From NCBI GenBank assembly GCA_045659725.1, contig JAZRCK010000011.1, forward strand, positions 4,296 through 68,295: a DNA stretch of 64,000 nucleotides, given 5' to 3'. The stretch's first letter is position 1, and each line of letters starts with the position of its first letter. Below, piece by piece: positions 25,366-34,202 of the stretch. The notes below the pieces were generated by a model that was not told the DNA's origin, made no database searches, and saw nothing but the letters and a program-made list of their open reading frames with translations. Made by a program: the position numbers and the translations under genes. This stretch comes from Candidatus Egerieisoma sp. GTDB lineage: Bacteria; Bacteroidota; Bacteroidia; Bacteroidales; UBA932.

Positions 25366-26298
25366 TTACCTGTATTTGGTCTGCTCATCCAGCATACCCA
25401 GATAAGATTCATAACGCTCTACTGAAATCTCCCCGTTCTCAACGGCCTCCTTAACGGCACACCCCGGCTCATGGGTGTGTGTACAAGGGGCAAAACGGCA
25501 GTTGTCCTCCACACGGAGCATCTCCGGGAAATATCCGCTCAGCTCCAGCTGCGAAACGTCTACAAGGCCAAAACCCCTGATTCCCGGGGTATCAATCACA
25601 AATCCCCCTGTTGAAATTGGGTGCATCTCATAAAATGTAGTGGTATGCTTGCCCTGCTGGTGATATGCCGAAATCTCCCCCACCCTCAGGTTCAAATCAG
25701 GATCTAAAGCACTTATGAGAGAAGATTTTCCCACTCCCGACTGGCCGGAGAAGAGCACCACCTTATCCTTGCAGCACTCCCTTATCTCCTCTATACCCAA
25801 ACCTGTAGCGGCAGAACTCTCTATAACTCTGTAGCCGGCATGTCCATAAATCTCCTTGAACGCCTCCACCATCTGCAGCCCCTGCTCCGTGTAGAGGTCC
25901 ATCTTGTTGAGGATAATTGTAACCGGCACATTGTATGCCTCACAGGTTACGAGGAAACGGTCTACAAACGGCAGTTTCACCTCCGGCTGTTCCACAGTTA
26001 CAATAAGGAAAACCATATCCAGATTGCTGGCTATGACATGAGACTGTCGGGATAAATTTGTTGATTTCCTAATTATGTGGTTTTTCCTTGGAAGGATATT
26101 CCTGATAGTGGCAAGTTCCCCCTCATTGCGGTCATATTCAACCACATCGCCCACTGCTATGGGGTTGGTTGAGTTGAACCCCTTCAACCTGAGTTTGCCT
26201 TTGATTACAGCGGGAAAAAGTTCCCACTGGGGCAATTTTGAAAGCATGTAATGGCTTCCCGTATGTTTTACTACCGTTGCAGTATTTGTATTCTCCAT
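25366..26298 (-). CDS. rsgA: ribosome small-subunit-dependent GTPase A
   Basis: Track ORF trimmed to ATG 26296-26298. Circularly permuted GTPase motifs NKMDL...GQSGVGKSSLI...DTPG and the C-terminal zinc motif CRFAPCTHTHEPGCAV. Confidence 0.9.
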   Translation of the reverse strand: MENTNTATVVKHTGSHYMLSKLPQWELFPAVIKGKLRLKGFNSTNPIAVGDVVEYDRNEGELATIRNILPRKNHIIRKSTNLSRQSHVIASNLDMVFLIVTVEQPEVKLPFVDRFLVTCEAYNVPVTIILNKMDLYTEQGLQMVEAFKEIYGHAGYRVIESSAATGLGIEEIRECCKDKVVLFSGQSGVGKSSLISALDPDLNLRVGEISAYHQQGKHTTTFYEMHPISTGGFVIDTPGIRGFGLVDVSQLELSGYFPEMLRVEDNCRFAPCTHTHEPGCAVKEAVENGEISVERYESYLGMLDEQTKYR

Positions 26299-26349
26299 AA
26301 TTATTCTCAAATGCGGATGCGTAAAGATAGCAAATTGTACAAAAACCAT

Positions 26350-26357
26350 TAACTTTG
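26350..26357 (+). promoter_or_regulatory. -7 box TAACTTTG for polyprenyl synthase gene
   Basis: Exact TAnnTTTG 27 nt upstream of ATG 26384. Confidence 0.55.
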
Positions 26358-26383
26358 CGTGATAAAAAAGTTAAAACGAGTAT

Positions 26384-27361
26384 ATGTTTGCAATAGAAGA
26401 ACTGGACAGATTTGTAGAGAATGGCCTTGCTGCACTCAACCTCAGACAGGAGCCTGAAGAATTGTATGAACCAATAGAGTACATGATCTCAATTGGAGGA
26501 AAGAGATTGCGCCCCGAGCTTTGCCTGCTCACCTACAACCTCTTTTCCGACAAGATTGAGAAACCTATCCTCTACCCTGCCCTTGCACTGGAGATTTTCC
26601 ACGGCTTCACCCTCATCCATGATGACATTATGGACAAGGCGGAGTTGCGCCGCGGCCAGCAGACCGTGCACAGGAAATGGAACGACAATATTGCTATCCT
26701 CAGCGGCGACGTGATGAGCATTAAGGCTTACCAGCTCCTTGCAAACTGCCCTCAGGAGGTTCTTCCGCAGGTGCTTGCACTATTCTCAAAAACAGCGGCC
26801 CAGGTATGCGAAGGACAGCAGTACGACATGAACTTTGAGAATATCCCGTACATTACCATGAACGACTATATCTCAATGATCAGTCTCAAGACAGCCGTGC
26901 TCATTGCTTGCTCTGCAAAAATGGGAGCCCTGATTGCCGGTGCGGAGGAGAAAGTTGCCCAGGCACTGTACGACTTTGCATTCTCCCTTGGAATAGCATT
27001 CCAGATTCAGGATGACCTGTTTGACACCTTTGGACAGGGATCCGTTTTTGGGAAAAAGATTGGCGGAGATATCCTCAACAACAAAAAGACCTGGCTCCTT
27101 GTAGAGTCATTCAAGGTTGCAGACAATGCACAGAAAGACGAGCTTACAAAAATTATGGCAATGACTCAGGAGCAGGGAGAAGAGAAGATTGCAAAGATGC
27201 AGCAGATGTACATCTCGCTTGGGATAAAAGAGGCTGCAACTGAGGCAATTATGGGATATTACAACAGAGCTCTTGAAATTATCGGGAAAATGAATTTCAC
27301 CCCTGCCCAGATGGAGCAGTTGCAGAAATTTGCCGACAAACTGGTTAAAAGGATAAAATAA
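26384..27361 (+). CDS. trans-polyprenyl diphosphate synthase
   Basis: LIHDDIMD and FQIQDDLFD aspartate-rich motifs. Confidence 0.9.
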   Translation: MFAIEELDRFVENGLAALNLRQEPEELYEPIEYMISIGGKRLRPELCLLTYNLFSDKIEKPILYPALALEIFHGFTLIHDDIMDKAELRRGQQTVHRKWNDNIAILSGDVMSIKAYQLLANCPQEVLPQVLALFSKTAAQVCEGQQYDMNFENIPYITMNDYISMISLKTAVLIACSAKMGALIAGAEEKVAQALYDFAFSLGIAFQIQDDLFDTFGQGSVFGKKIGGDILNNKKTWLLVESFKVADNAQKDELTKIMAMTQEQGEEKIAKMQQMYISLGIKEAATEAIMGYYNRALEIIGKMNFTPAQMEQLQKFADKLVKRIK

Positions 27362-28077
27362 TGGAAGGATTGAACATCATAACTCCGGTAAAGGACTCCA
27401 TTGAGCTTACACTGGAGACAATCAAGGCAACACTGGCATCTGAGATTGCCGTTCCGTATACTTACACCATATACAACGATTTCAGTACACCTGAGAATAC
27501 CGCAATTCTTGAGAAAGCCTCAAAGGAACTTGGATTCAGGCTTGTGAATATCAGCGACCTTACAGACCACCCTTCTCCAAACTACCTTATGGTACTGAGA
27601 ATGACCCAGAAAGAGTCAATTGAGAAGAACTGGGGACTTGCAATTGTGGAGTCTGACGTGATTGTAAAAAAGGACACTTTCCAGAAACTCTACGAGGGGG
27701 CTGCAGCTGATGAAAAATGTGCCATTGCCGCATCCGTAACCGTAGACGAGAAAGGGGAAATCAACTACCCGTACCTTCCTGCCAAGGGTAAGGAGAACAT
27801 GGCATTCAAATATGAGAAGCACTGCAGTTTCTGCTGCTCACTCCTCACTCCAACTTTCCTAAAGGCCTTCAGTTTTGAGGAGCTTGATGCAACCAAGAAC
27901 TGGTTTGACGTAACCATTTCGCACAAGGCCCTTGAACTTGGCTTCAACAACTGGCTGTACACCAACCTTCCGGTATGGCACCGCCCACACGGAAGCCGCC
28001 CATGGAAACAGCTCAAATACACCAACCCTTTGAAATACTACTGGTTGAAGTTTACCAAAGGACTGGATAAAATATAA
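27361..28077 (+). CDS. GT-A-fold (family-2-like) glycosyltransferase-like protein, tentative
   Basis: The start overlaps the upstream stop (TAATG). IITPVKDS...IYNDFSTPE...VESDV resembles the GT2 N-terminal nucleotide-binding pattern. The assignment is weak. Confidence 0.55.
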   Translation: MEGLNIITPVKDSIELTLETIKATLASEIAVPYTYTIYNDFSTPENTAILEKASKELGFRLVNISDLTDHPSPNYLMVLRMTQKESIEKNWGLAIVESDVIVKKDTFQKLYEGAAADEKCAIAASVTVDEKGEINYPYLPAKGKENMAFKYEKHCSFCCSLLTPTFLKAFSFEELDATKNWFDVTISHKALELGFNNWLYTNLPVWHRPHGSRPWKQLKYTNPLKYYWLKFTKGLDKI

Positions 28078-28116
28078 TGTAAAACCCGGCGGCCCGGCCG
28101 CCCATACTATAACAGG

Positions 28117-29340
28117 ATGGAACTTGAAATAATGGCCCCTGCGGGGAACTTTGAGTGCCTGATGGCAGCTATCCAGGGTGGAGCAAACTCCATCTACTTT
28201 GGAGTAGGCAACCTCAACATGCGCTCACACTCGGCAAACAACTTTAATCCCAGCGATATCTACCGTATAGTGGAGATCTGCAAGGAGAACAATGTAAGGT
28301 CGTACCTAACCCTCAACATCATCATCTACAACGATGACCTTGAACCTATGCGCCACGCATTGGACGAGGCAAAAAGAGCCGGTGTAACCGCTGTAATTGC
28401 CTCTGATATGGCTGTAATCTCATACGCCCGCCAGATTGGCGTGGAGGTACATATCTCCACTCAGCTGAACGTATCAAACTTTGAGGCTGTAAAATTCTAC
28501 GCCCAGTTTGCAGATGTGGTTGTTCTTGCCCGCGAGCTTACCCTACCGCAGGTTAAGGAGATAAAGAGAAGAATTGTAGAGGAGGGAATCAAAGGCCCAA
28601 GCGGCAAGGAGGTGCAGCTTGAGATGTTCTGCCACGGAGCACTATGCATGGCTGTTTCCGGCAAATGTTACCTCAGCCTGCAGCACTACGGTGCATCAGC
28701 CAACAGAGGTGCATGCTACCAGCTTTGCCGCAGAGGATACAAGGTTACAGACCTTGAAACCGGAATTGAGCTTGAGGTTGACAACAAATACATCATGTCT
28801 CCTAAAGACCTCTGCACCATTGAGTTCATGGACAAGATCATTGATGCAGGCGTATCTGTATTCAAGATTGAGGGACGTGCCCGTAGCGCCGAGTACGTAA
28901 AGAAAGTTACCGCAGCCTACCGTGCTGCAGCTGACGCTGTAATTGCCGGCACATACACCCCTGAATATGCAGCCCAGCTGAAGGAAGGTGTTTCTGAAGT
29001 GTTCAACCGCGGTTTCTGGGACGGATACTACCAGGGCGCAGTCCTTGGCCAGTGGAGCGACGTTTACGGCAGCAAGGCCACCAAAAAGAAAACCTACGTG
29101 GGCAAGGTAACCAACTACTTTGCAAACATAGGGGTAGCCGAAATCCTTGTAGAGACCGGCGAGATAAACACAGGACAGAACCTCCTTATCATAGGCCCGT
29201 CAACCGGCGTAATTGAGTTGCAGCCCCAGGAGATCCGCGTAGACCTTCAGCCAACAGACAAAGCTGTAAAAGGTGAAAAATGCTCAATTGCCGTGCCGGA
29301 AAGGCTCCGCCGCTCAGACAAGGTTTATATTTTTGAGTAG
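28117..29340 (+). CDS. peptidase-U32-family protein (Fe-S type; PrtC/RlhA/TrhP/UbiU-like)
   Basis: MELEIMAPAGNFECLMAAIQGGANSIYFG is a U32 N-terminus. The four-Cys cluster C-x6-C-x15-C-x3-C is seen in LCMAVSGKCYLSLQHYGASANRGACYQLC. Confidence 0.85.
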   Translation: MELEIMAPAGNFECLMAAIQGGANSIYFGVGNLNMRSHSANNFNPSDIYRIVEICKENNVRSYLTLNIIIYNDDLEPMRHALDEAKRAGVTAVIASDMAVISYARQIGVEVHISTQLNVSNFEAVKFYAQFADVVVLARELTLPQVKEIKRRIVEEGIKGPSGKEVQLEMFCHGALCMAVSGKCYLSLQHYGASANRGACYQLCRRGYKVTDLETGIELEVDNKYIMSPKDLCTIEFMDKIIDAGVSVFKIEGRARSAEYVKKVTAAYRAAADAVIAGTYTPEYAAQLKEGVSEVFNRGFWDGYYQGAVLGQWSDVYGSKATKKKTYVGKVTNYFANIGVAEILVETGEINTGQNLLIIGPSTGVIELQPQEIRVDLQPTDKAVKGEKCSIAVPERLRRSDKVYIFE

Positions 29341-29368
29341 GATTTTCCTTGTAATCACATACTGGACG

Positions 29369-29406
29369 AGGGTGACCCAAGTGAAAGGGTTACCCTTTCT
29401 CTTTAA
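29369..29406 (+). terminator. intrinsic terminator of the U32 gene
   Basis: AGGGTGACCC-AAGTGAAA-GGGTTACCCT, a 10-bp stem with one G-U, followed by TTCTCTTT. Confidence 0.65.
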
Positions 29407-29429
29407 AGGCCTAAAGGTCCCGGGAATAG

Positions 29430-29555
29430 CTATGCGCAATAAAAGGCTTATTTCTGCACACACCACAGTCAGACTGCATCAAAAATGGCTAATTCCCACG
29501 CATTCACTCTTCTATATCACCACTATGTGCAATAAAATGGCTTTATTTACACATA
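29430..29555. repeat. two ~33-nt direct repeats (29430-29462, 29523-29555), 93 nt apart, plus a third partial core copy at about 29481
   Basis: CTATGCGCAATAAAAGGCTTATTTCTGCACACA versus CTATGTGCAATAAAATGGCTTTATTTACACATA (hand alignment, roughly 80% identity with small indels). The shared core is AAAA(T)GGCT. Confidence 0.7.
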
Positions 29556-29636
29556 GACAGTGTAGTGTGTTCAAAAATCGTGGGATTTATGCGCACTTTT
29601 AATTCAATACAATATTCCTTATTGTGTACCAAAATT

Positions 29637-31250
29637 CTACTTTATCAGATCCAGAACCTTGTGCAACTGTTCATCGTTGCGGACAATTGACTCAATGCGG
29701 CCTGGGGTAAAGTAGTATTTGTACACAATCTCCTCCTCAAGGAGCGGTTTGAATTCGGCTTTTTTTACTCTGAGCATCTCTTCTTTTGAGATTGTGAGTT
29801 TCTTCTCAAGGGCATCAAATTCATCCTTGTAAGGTTCGTACAGATCCTCTGCCTTTGCAGATTTGAGCATCTGATCCAACTGGGCAAGGGCACTGCTGCG
29901 GCTGTCAAAATCCTTGGCTGCTGCAAATTTCACAAACTCCTCATACTCTGCATCTGTAAGGGTAAACTCCGCAGGTGATGCTATGGTTTTGTGTTTCTTG
30001 TAATATTCTATTGCGTACTCTCCAAAGATGTCGTTTGCAACCAATGAGAATGCGGGGCGGCTATAGTTTTGGGCCTTTACAACTGTATCCGGGGTAATTC
30101 CACCACCATCGTATACGGTTCTTCCCTTAAGGGTTTTGAAAGCTTTTTTAAGGGAATCCGGAACGAATCCTACGCTGCCGTCCTCATTTCTGTGGGAGTA
30201 ATCTATTGCCTGTACACATCTGCCGCTTGGGGTGTAGTATTTTGCGGTGGTGAACTTGAGGCTTCCGTTATAGCCTACCGGCTTGAATCCCTGTACAAGA
30301 CCTTTTCCATAAGTTCTTGTTCCGGCAATCATGCCCCTGTCCAAATCCTGGATTGCTCCGGCAACAATCTCAGATGCAGATGCAGATGCAGAATTTACAA
30401 GTACAGTTATCGGGATTAAAGTATCCAACGGCTCTGTCTGTGTCTTCATTTCAAATGCAGACTCCGGTGTGCGGCCTTTTGCCGTAACTACGGTGGTCCC
30501 TTTTGGAAGGAAGACTGAAAGTATCTTTACCGCCTCATCAACTATTCCGCCACCATTGCCCCTAAGATCAATCACAAGATGTTTTGCCCCTTTCGCCTTA
30601 AGGTCTGTAAAAGCTTTCCTGAAATCATTGCTGCCGCCGCTGGTAAAGGCCTCATATCTGATGTAGCCTATTGAATCGCGGAGAATGCCGCTGAAGGATA
30701 CGTCGGGAATATGGATCCTTTCCCTGGTTACTGTTATCTCCTTAACCTCTCCTGTACGTCCTTTCTTTACAAGGAATTTCACCTGGGTGCCGGGCTGCCC
30801 TTTCATTCTGCGGCTGCACTCGTCTGCGGTGAGGGGTTTAACATCCACATCGTCTATTTTTAGGATAAAATCTCCCGGCTCAAGTCCGTATTTTACGGCA
30901 GGAGAACCAAGGTACGGTTGGGAAATGAGCACCCCAAGGGAGTCTATTTTTCTGATCATTGAACCTATTCCGCCATATGATGCCGAACGGAGAAGTTCAA
31001 GGTCCTCTTCGTTCTCTTCTGGAATGTATATGGTATAAGGATCCAGCGAATTGAGCATTGCTTCAATTCCGGTATTTGTAAGTTTTTCTATGTCTACAGT
31101 GTCCACAAACCCTACGCTGAGTTCTCTGAGAATATTATACTGGACCTCAAGGGCCTTGCCTGCCTTGAACTGTGCCGATTGTGCCTGAAGGGTGGTATAT
31201 GATACCAGCGCAACCACCGCCAGGATTACAAAATTTCTAAAAATCTTCAT
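29637..31250 (-). CDS. S41 C-terminal processing (tail-specific) peptidase
   Basis: Track ORF trimmed to ATG 31248-31250 (MKIFRNFVILAVVALVSYTTLQAQ signal peptide). PDZ GSPAVKYGLEPGDFILKIDD; S41 core DLRGNGGG...LVNSASASASEIVAGA. Confidence 0.85.
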   Translation of the reverse strand: MKIFRNFVILAVVALVSYTTLQAQSAQFKAGKALEVQYNILRELSVGFVDTVDIEKLTNTGIEAMLNSLDPYTIYIPEENEEDLELLRSASYGGIGSMIRKIDSLGVLISQPYLGSPAVKYGLEPGDFILKIDDVDVKPLTADECSRRMKGQPGTQVKFLVKKGRTGEVKEITVTRERIHIPDVSFSGILRDSIGYIRYEAFTSGGSNDFRKAFTDLKAKGAKHLVIDLRGNGGGIVDEAVKILSVFLPKGTTVVTAKGRTPESAFEMKTQTEPLDTLIPITVLVNSASASASEIVAGAIQDLDRGMIAGTRTYGKGLVQGFKPVGYNGSLKFTTAKYYTPSGRCVQAIDYSHRNEDGSVGFVPDSLKKAFKTLKGRTVYDGGGITPDTVVKAQNYSRPAFSLVANDIFGEYAIEYYKKHKTIASPAEFTLTDAEYEEFVKFAAAKDFDSRSSALAQLDQMLKSAKAEDLYEPYKDEFDALEKKLTISKEEMLRVKKAEFKPLLEEEIVYKYYFTPGRIESIVRNDEQLHKVLDLIK

Positions 31251-31291
31251 ATTATTTTCTCCTTTTGCAAAAACAAAAATATACATTTTAG

Positions 31292-31299
31292 TACCTTTG
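31292..31299 (+). promoter_or_regulatory. -7 box TACCTTTG for rdgB-recO-GH3 genes
   Basis: Exact TAnnTTTG 23 nt upstream of ATG 31322. Confidence 0.55.
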
Positions 31300-31321
31300 G
31301 CAAAAAAACAGCATACCAATT

Positions 31322-31915
31322 ATGGAGATTATTTTTGCTACCGGCAACCAGCACAAGATGGTTGAAGCACAAAAGGCACTTGGAGATTCTTTTACACTAA
31401 TTATGCCAAAAGAGCTGGGGCTTACTGAAGAGATTCCGGAAGATGGTGATACACTGCTGGAAAATGCCATACAAAAGGCTGAATATCTGTGGAATAAGTT
31501 TGGGAAAAATTGTTTTGCCGATGATACCGGTCTTGAGGTTGATGCACTTGGTGGAGCACCTGGTGTACGCACTGCCAGATATGCAGGGGAAGACAAGGGG
31601 ACAGATGCCAATATGGCCAAACTTCTTGCAGAACTGGAGAAAGTGGACCAGGCACAAGGTTCAGCGGTTCCACGCACAGCCAGGTTCAAGACTGTGGTGG
31701 CCCTTATCATAGACGGCCAGGTAAAGACATTTGAAGGAGTTCTTGAAGGGGAGATTGCCCGCTCACGCAGCGGCAACGAAGGGTTCGGATATGACCCGGT
31801 ATTCATTCCACAGGGGTACAACTGCACTTTGGCAGAGATTTCATTGGACCAGAAGAACGCAATTTCACACAGGGGCAAGGCCATGAGGGCTTTGGCGGAG
31901 TACCTTAATGATTGA
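31322..31915 (+). CDS. rdgB: non-canonical purine NTP pyrophosphatase (XTP/dITP diphosphatase)
   Basis: IIFATGNQHKMVE...ADDTGLEVDALGGAPGV...FGYDPVF...ISHRGKA are Ham1/RdgB motifs. Confidence 0.9.
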   Translation: MEIIFATGNQHKMVEAQKALGDSFTLIMPKELGLTEEIPEDGDTLLENAIQKAEYLWNKFGKNCFADDTGLEVDALGGAPGVRTARYAGEDKGTDANMAKLLAELEKVDQAQGSAVPRTARFKTVVALIIDGQVKTFEGVLEGEIARSRSGNEGFGYDPVFIPQGYNCTLAEISLDQKNAISHRGKAMRALAEYLND

Positions 31916-32660
31916 GAAGAGCCAGATAATTGTCCTGCATACCATAAAGCATGGTGACACCGGGATTGTGGTGCAGTGTTATTCCAACACGGCCGGGAGG
32001 TGTGCACTCTATTTCAGAGCGTCATCAAAAGGAAAGAACAACGCATCTTTATTACACAAACTCAATATATTGGATGTGGTTACCTACAGGAATACTTCAC
32101 AGAGCATGCCCACCATACGGGAGATCTCTACCCCCTACAGGCTCACATCAATACGGGGAGACATATACAAGAGCACCATTGCCATCTTCATAAGCGAACT
32201 GCTGGGCAAGACAATAAGGGAGGAGGAGGCCAACCCTGTCCTGTACAGTTTCCTGAGTTCATCCATACAGATTATGGAACACACACAGGAGGGGGTTGCA
32301 AACTTCCATATACATTTCATAACCCACCTGTGCAAGATGTTGGGATTCATGCCCACAAACAACTACAGCACCTCCACCCCCATATTTGATATGGCAACTG
32401 CCAAATTCACAGTTGCCCCATACTCCAACCCGGTTTACGGCACACAGCTCATGGGGGAACACGAGTCCAAACTGCTGCACACCCTTATGACAACCCCTTC
32501 AACAAATCTTGAGAGGCTGCATTGTGGCGGTGAGGAGCTGAAACTGAACGGAGAGATGAGACTGGCATACACAAAAAGGATGATTGAGTACATTTCCCAC
32601 CATATTGGGAACAATATTGAGATAAAATCGTTGGATATATTGCACCAGATTTTCTCATAA
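31908..32660 (+). CDS. recO: DNA repair protein RecO
   Basis: 8-nt overlap with rdgB. The N-terminal OB-fold pattern IVLHTIKHGDTGIVVQCYSNTAGRCALYFR and a size of about 250 aa fit RecO. Confidence 0.8.
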   Translation: MIEKSQIIVLHTIKHGDTGIVVQCYSNTAGRCALYFRASSKGKNNASLLHKLNILDVVTYRNTSQSMPTIREISTPYRLTSIRGDIYKSTIAIFISELLGKTIREEEANPVLYSFLSSSIQIMEHTQEGVANFHIHFITHLCKMLGFMPTNNYSTSTPIFDMATAKFTVAPYSNPVYGTQLMGEHESKLLHTLMTTPSTNLERLHCGGEELKLNGEMRLAYTKRMIEYISHHIGNNIEIKSLDILHQIFS

Positions 32661-32672
32661 CTTGAAACAAAG

Positions 32673-34202
32673 ATGAAACTTTTGAATTCCATATTCCTCA
32701 AGTATTCACACAACCTGCTCAAAGAGATTGACCAGAGCAGACATAACCCCATGCTCTACCAGCACCAGTGGTTCAACCGCCTCATTTCCAATGGCACAGA
32801 CAGCCTGTTTGGCCACGAGCACAACTTTGCACAAATAAAGACAATAAAGGAGTTTCAGAAACATGTACCCGTGAGGGACTACAACGCAATGGCTCCATAT
32901 ATCAGCCGCCTGCTGAACGGAGAGGACTTCATCCTGTGGAACGGAAAAGTGAAAACCTTTGCCAAATCCAGCGGCACCAGCTCAGACAAGAGCAAATTCA
33001 TCCCGGTATCGCCACAATCTCTCCAGATAACCCATTATGGAGGGTTCAAGAGGATGCTGGCCACCTACATACACAATAACCCTGGAAGCAACATCTTCTA
33101 CGGCAAGGCCCTTACTCTGGGAGGAAGCGTTACTCCCGACAGATCCGGCAAAATCTACACCGGAGACCTTTCGGCCTTGCTCTTGAAGAACTCTCCGGGA
33201 ATTATTGAGCTGATACGTACCCCCAGCCGCAAGACCGCCCTTATAGGAAACTTTGAAGAGAAACTGGAGGCCATCTGCCGGGAAAGTGCAGGCAAGAATG
33301 TAACCAACTTCTCAGGGGTACCAAGCTGGAACCTCATGCTGCTGAACAAGATACTTGAATACACCGGAAAGAATGATATCATGCAGATTTGGCCCCATAT
33401 GGAGCTGTTTATGCATGGAGGCACCGGGTTTGAACCGTACAGGCCGCTGTTCAACAAGCTTATCCCCTCAGATTCAATGCACTACCTTGAGAACTACAAC
33501 GCCTCAGAGGGGTACTTTGCATTCCAGGATTGCGAGGGGGACAACGGCATGCTCCTTACCGTAAACAACGGCATATTCTATGAATTCATACCAATGGATA
33601 TGCTGGATGATGTGCTGCAAGGCAAAGCATGGGAACTCCCTACCCTCGCAGAGGTAAAACCCGGTATAAACTACGCCATTGTAATTTCCACCATTGGAGG
33701 CTTGTGGAGATATCTCATAGGGGACTGCGTGCAGTTCACATCAGTTTTTCCGCACAAGATTACAATATGTGGTAGGACACAGCTGTGCATAAACGCCTTT
33801 GGAGAGGAACTTATGATCTCAAATGCAGAACAGGCGCTTGCCATGGCCTGCTCCGAATGCAACTGCACCGTAGCGGAGTTTACCGTAGCCCCCGTGTTCA
33901 TGGAACTTGACAACAACGCACAGACATCCAAGGGGTTCCACCGTTGGGCAGTAGAGTTTGACACTCCTCCGGCAGATACAGCCGCTTTTGCAGCCATACT
34001 GGACAGATGCCTCACTGAGGTAAACTCGGATTATGAAGCCAAAAGGGCCAGCAATGCAACAATGAAACAATTGGAACTCATAACACTGGAAAGAGGGACA
34101 TTCCTCAAGTGGATGCGGCTTAAAGGAAAAGTAGGCGGACAGAACAAAGTTCCCCGCCTACATAAGGATTGTGAGTTCATCAACTCTCTACTGCAGATAT
34201 GA
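32673..34202 (+). CDS. GH3-family (acyl-acid amido synthetase-like) protein
   Basis: FQKHVPVRDYNAMAPYI...FAKSSGTSSDKSKFIPVS...YNASEGYFAFQD are GH3 auxin-responsive-promoter-family motifs. Confidence 0.85.
   Translation: MKLLNSIFLKYSHNLLKEIDQSRHNPMLYQHQWFNRLISNGTDSLFGHEHNFAQIKTIKEFQKHVPVRDYNAMAPYISRLLNGEDFILWNGKVKTFAKSSGTSSDKSKFIPVSPQSLQITHYGGFKRMLATYIHNNPGSNIFYGKALTLGGSVTPDRSGKIYTGDLSALLLKNSPGIIELIRTPSRKTALIGNFEEKLEAICRESAGKNVTNFSGVPSWNLMLLNKILEYTGKNDIMQIWPHMELFMHGGTGFEPYRPLFNKLIPSDSMHYLENYNASEGYFAFQDCEGDNGMLLTVNNGIFYEFIPMDMLDDVLQGKAWELPTLAEVKPGINYAIVISTIGGLWRYLIGDCVQFTSVFPHKITICGRTQLCINAFGEELMISNAEQALAMACSECNCTVAEFTVAPVFMELDNNAQTSKGFHRWAVEFDTPPADTAAFAAILDRCLTEVNSDYEAKRASNATMKQLELITLERGTFLKWMRLKGKVGGQNKVPRLHKDCEFINSLLQI

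Noticed and set aside
27358-27372. 15-nt identity ATAATGGAAGGATTG at two stop/start overlaps (27358-27372 and 51842-51856), both giving proteins that start MEGL.
   Set aside because: Several exact 14-15-mers are expected by chance among all pairs in 64 kb. The downstream proteins are unrelated, so this is coincidence.
29430-29555. Whether the repeats in the 29.4-kb spacer are a degenerate CRISPR array.
   Set aside because: There are only 2-3 imperfect copies with a 93-nt period, no cas genes, and the repeats differ by indels.
29273-29602. 109-aa + ORF spanning the U32 gene end, its terminator and the spacer.
   Set aside because: It crosses an intrinsic terminator and repeat DNA and has no motif. 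Only the two mini-ORFs inside it are mentioned, as speculative, in the findings.
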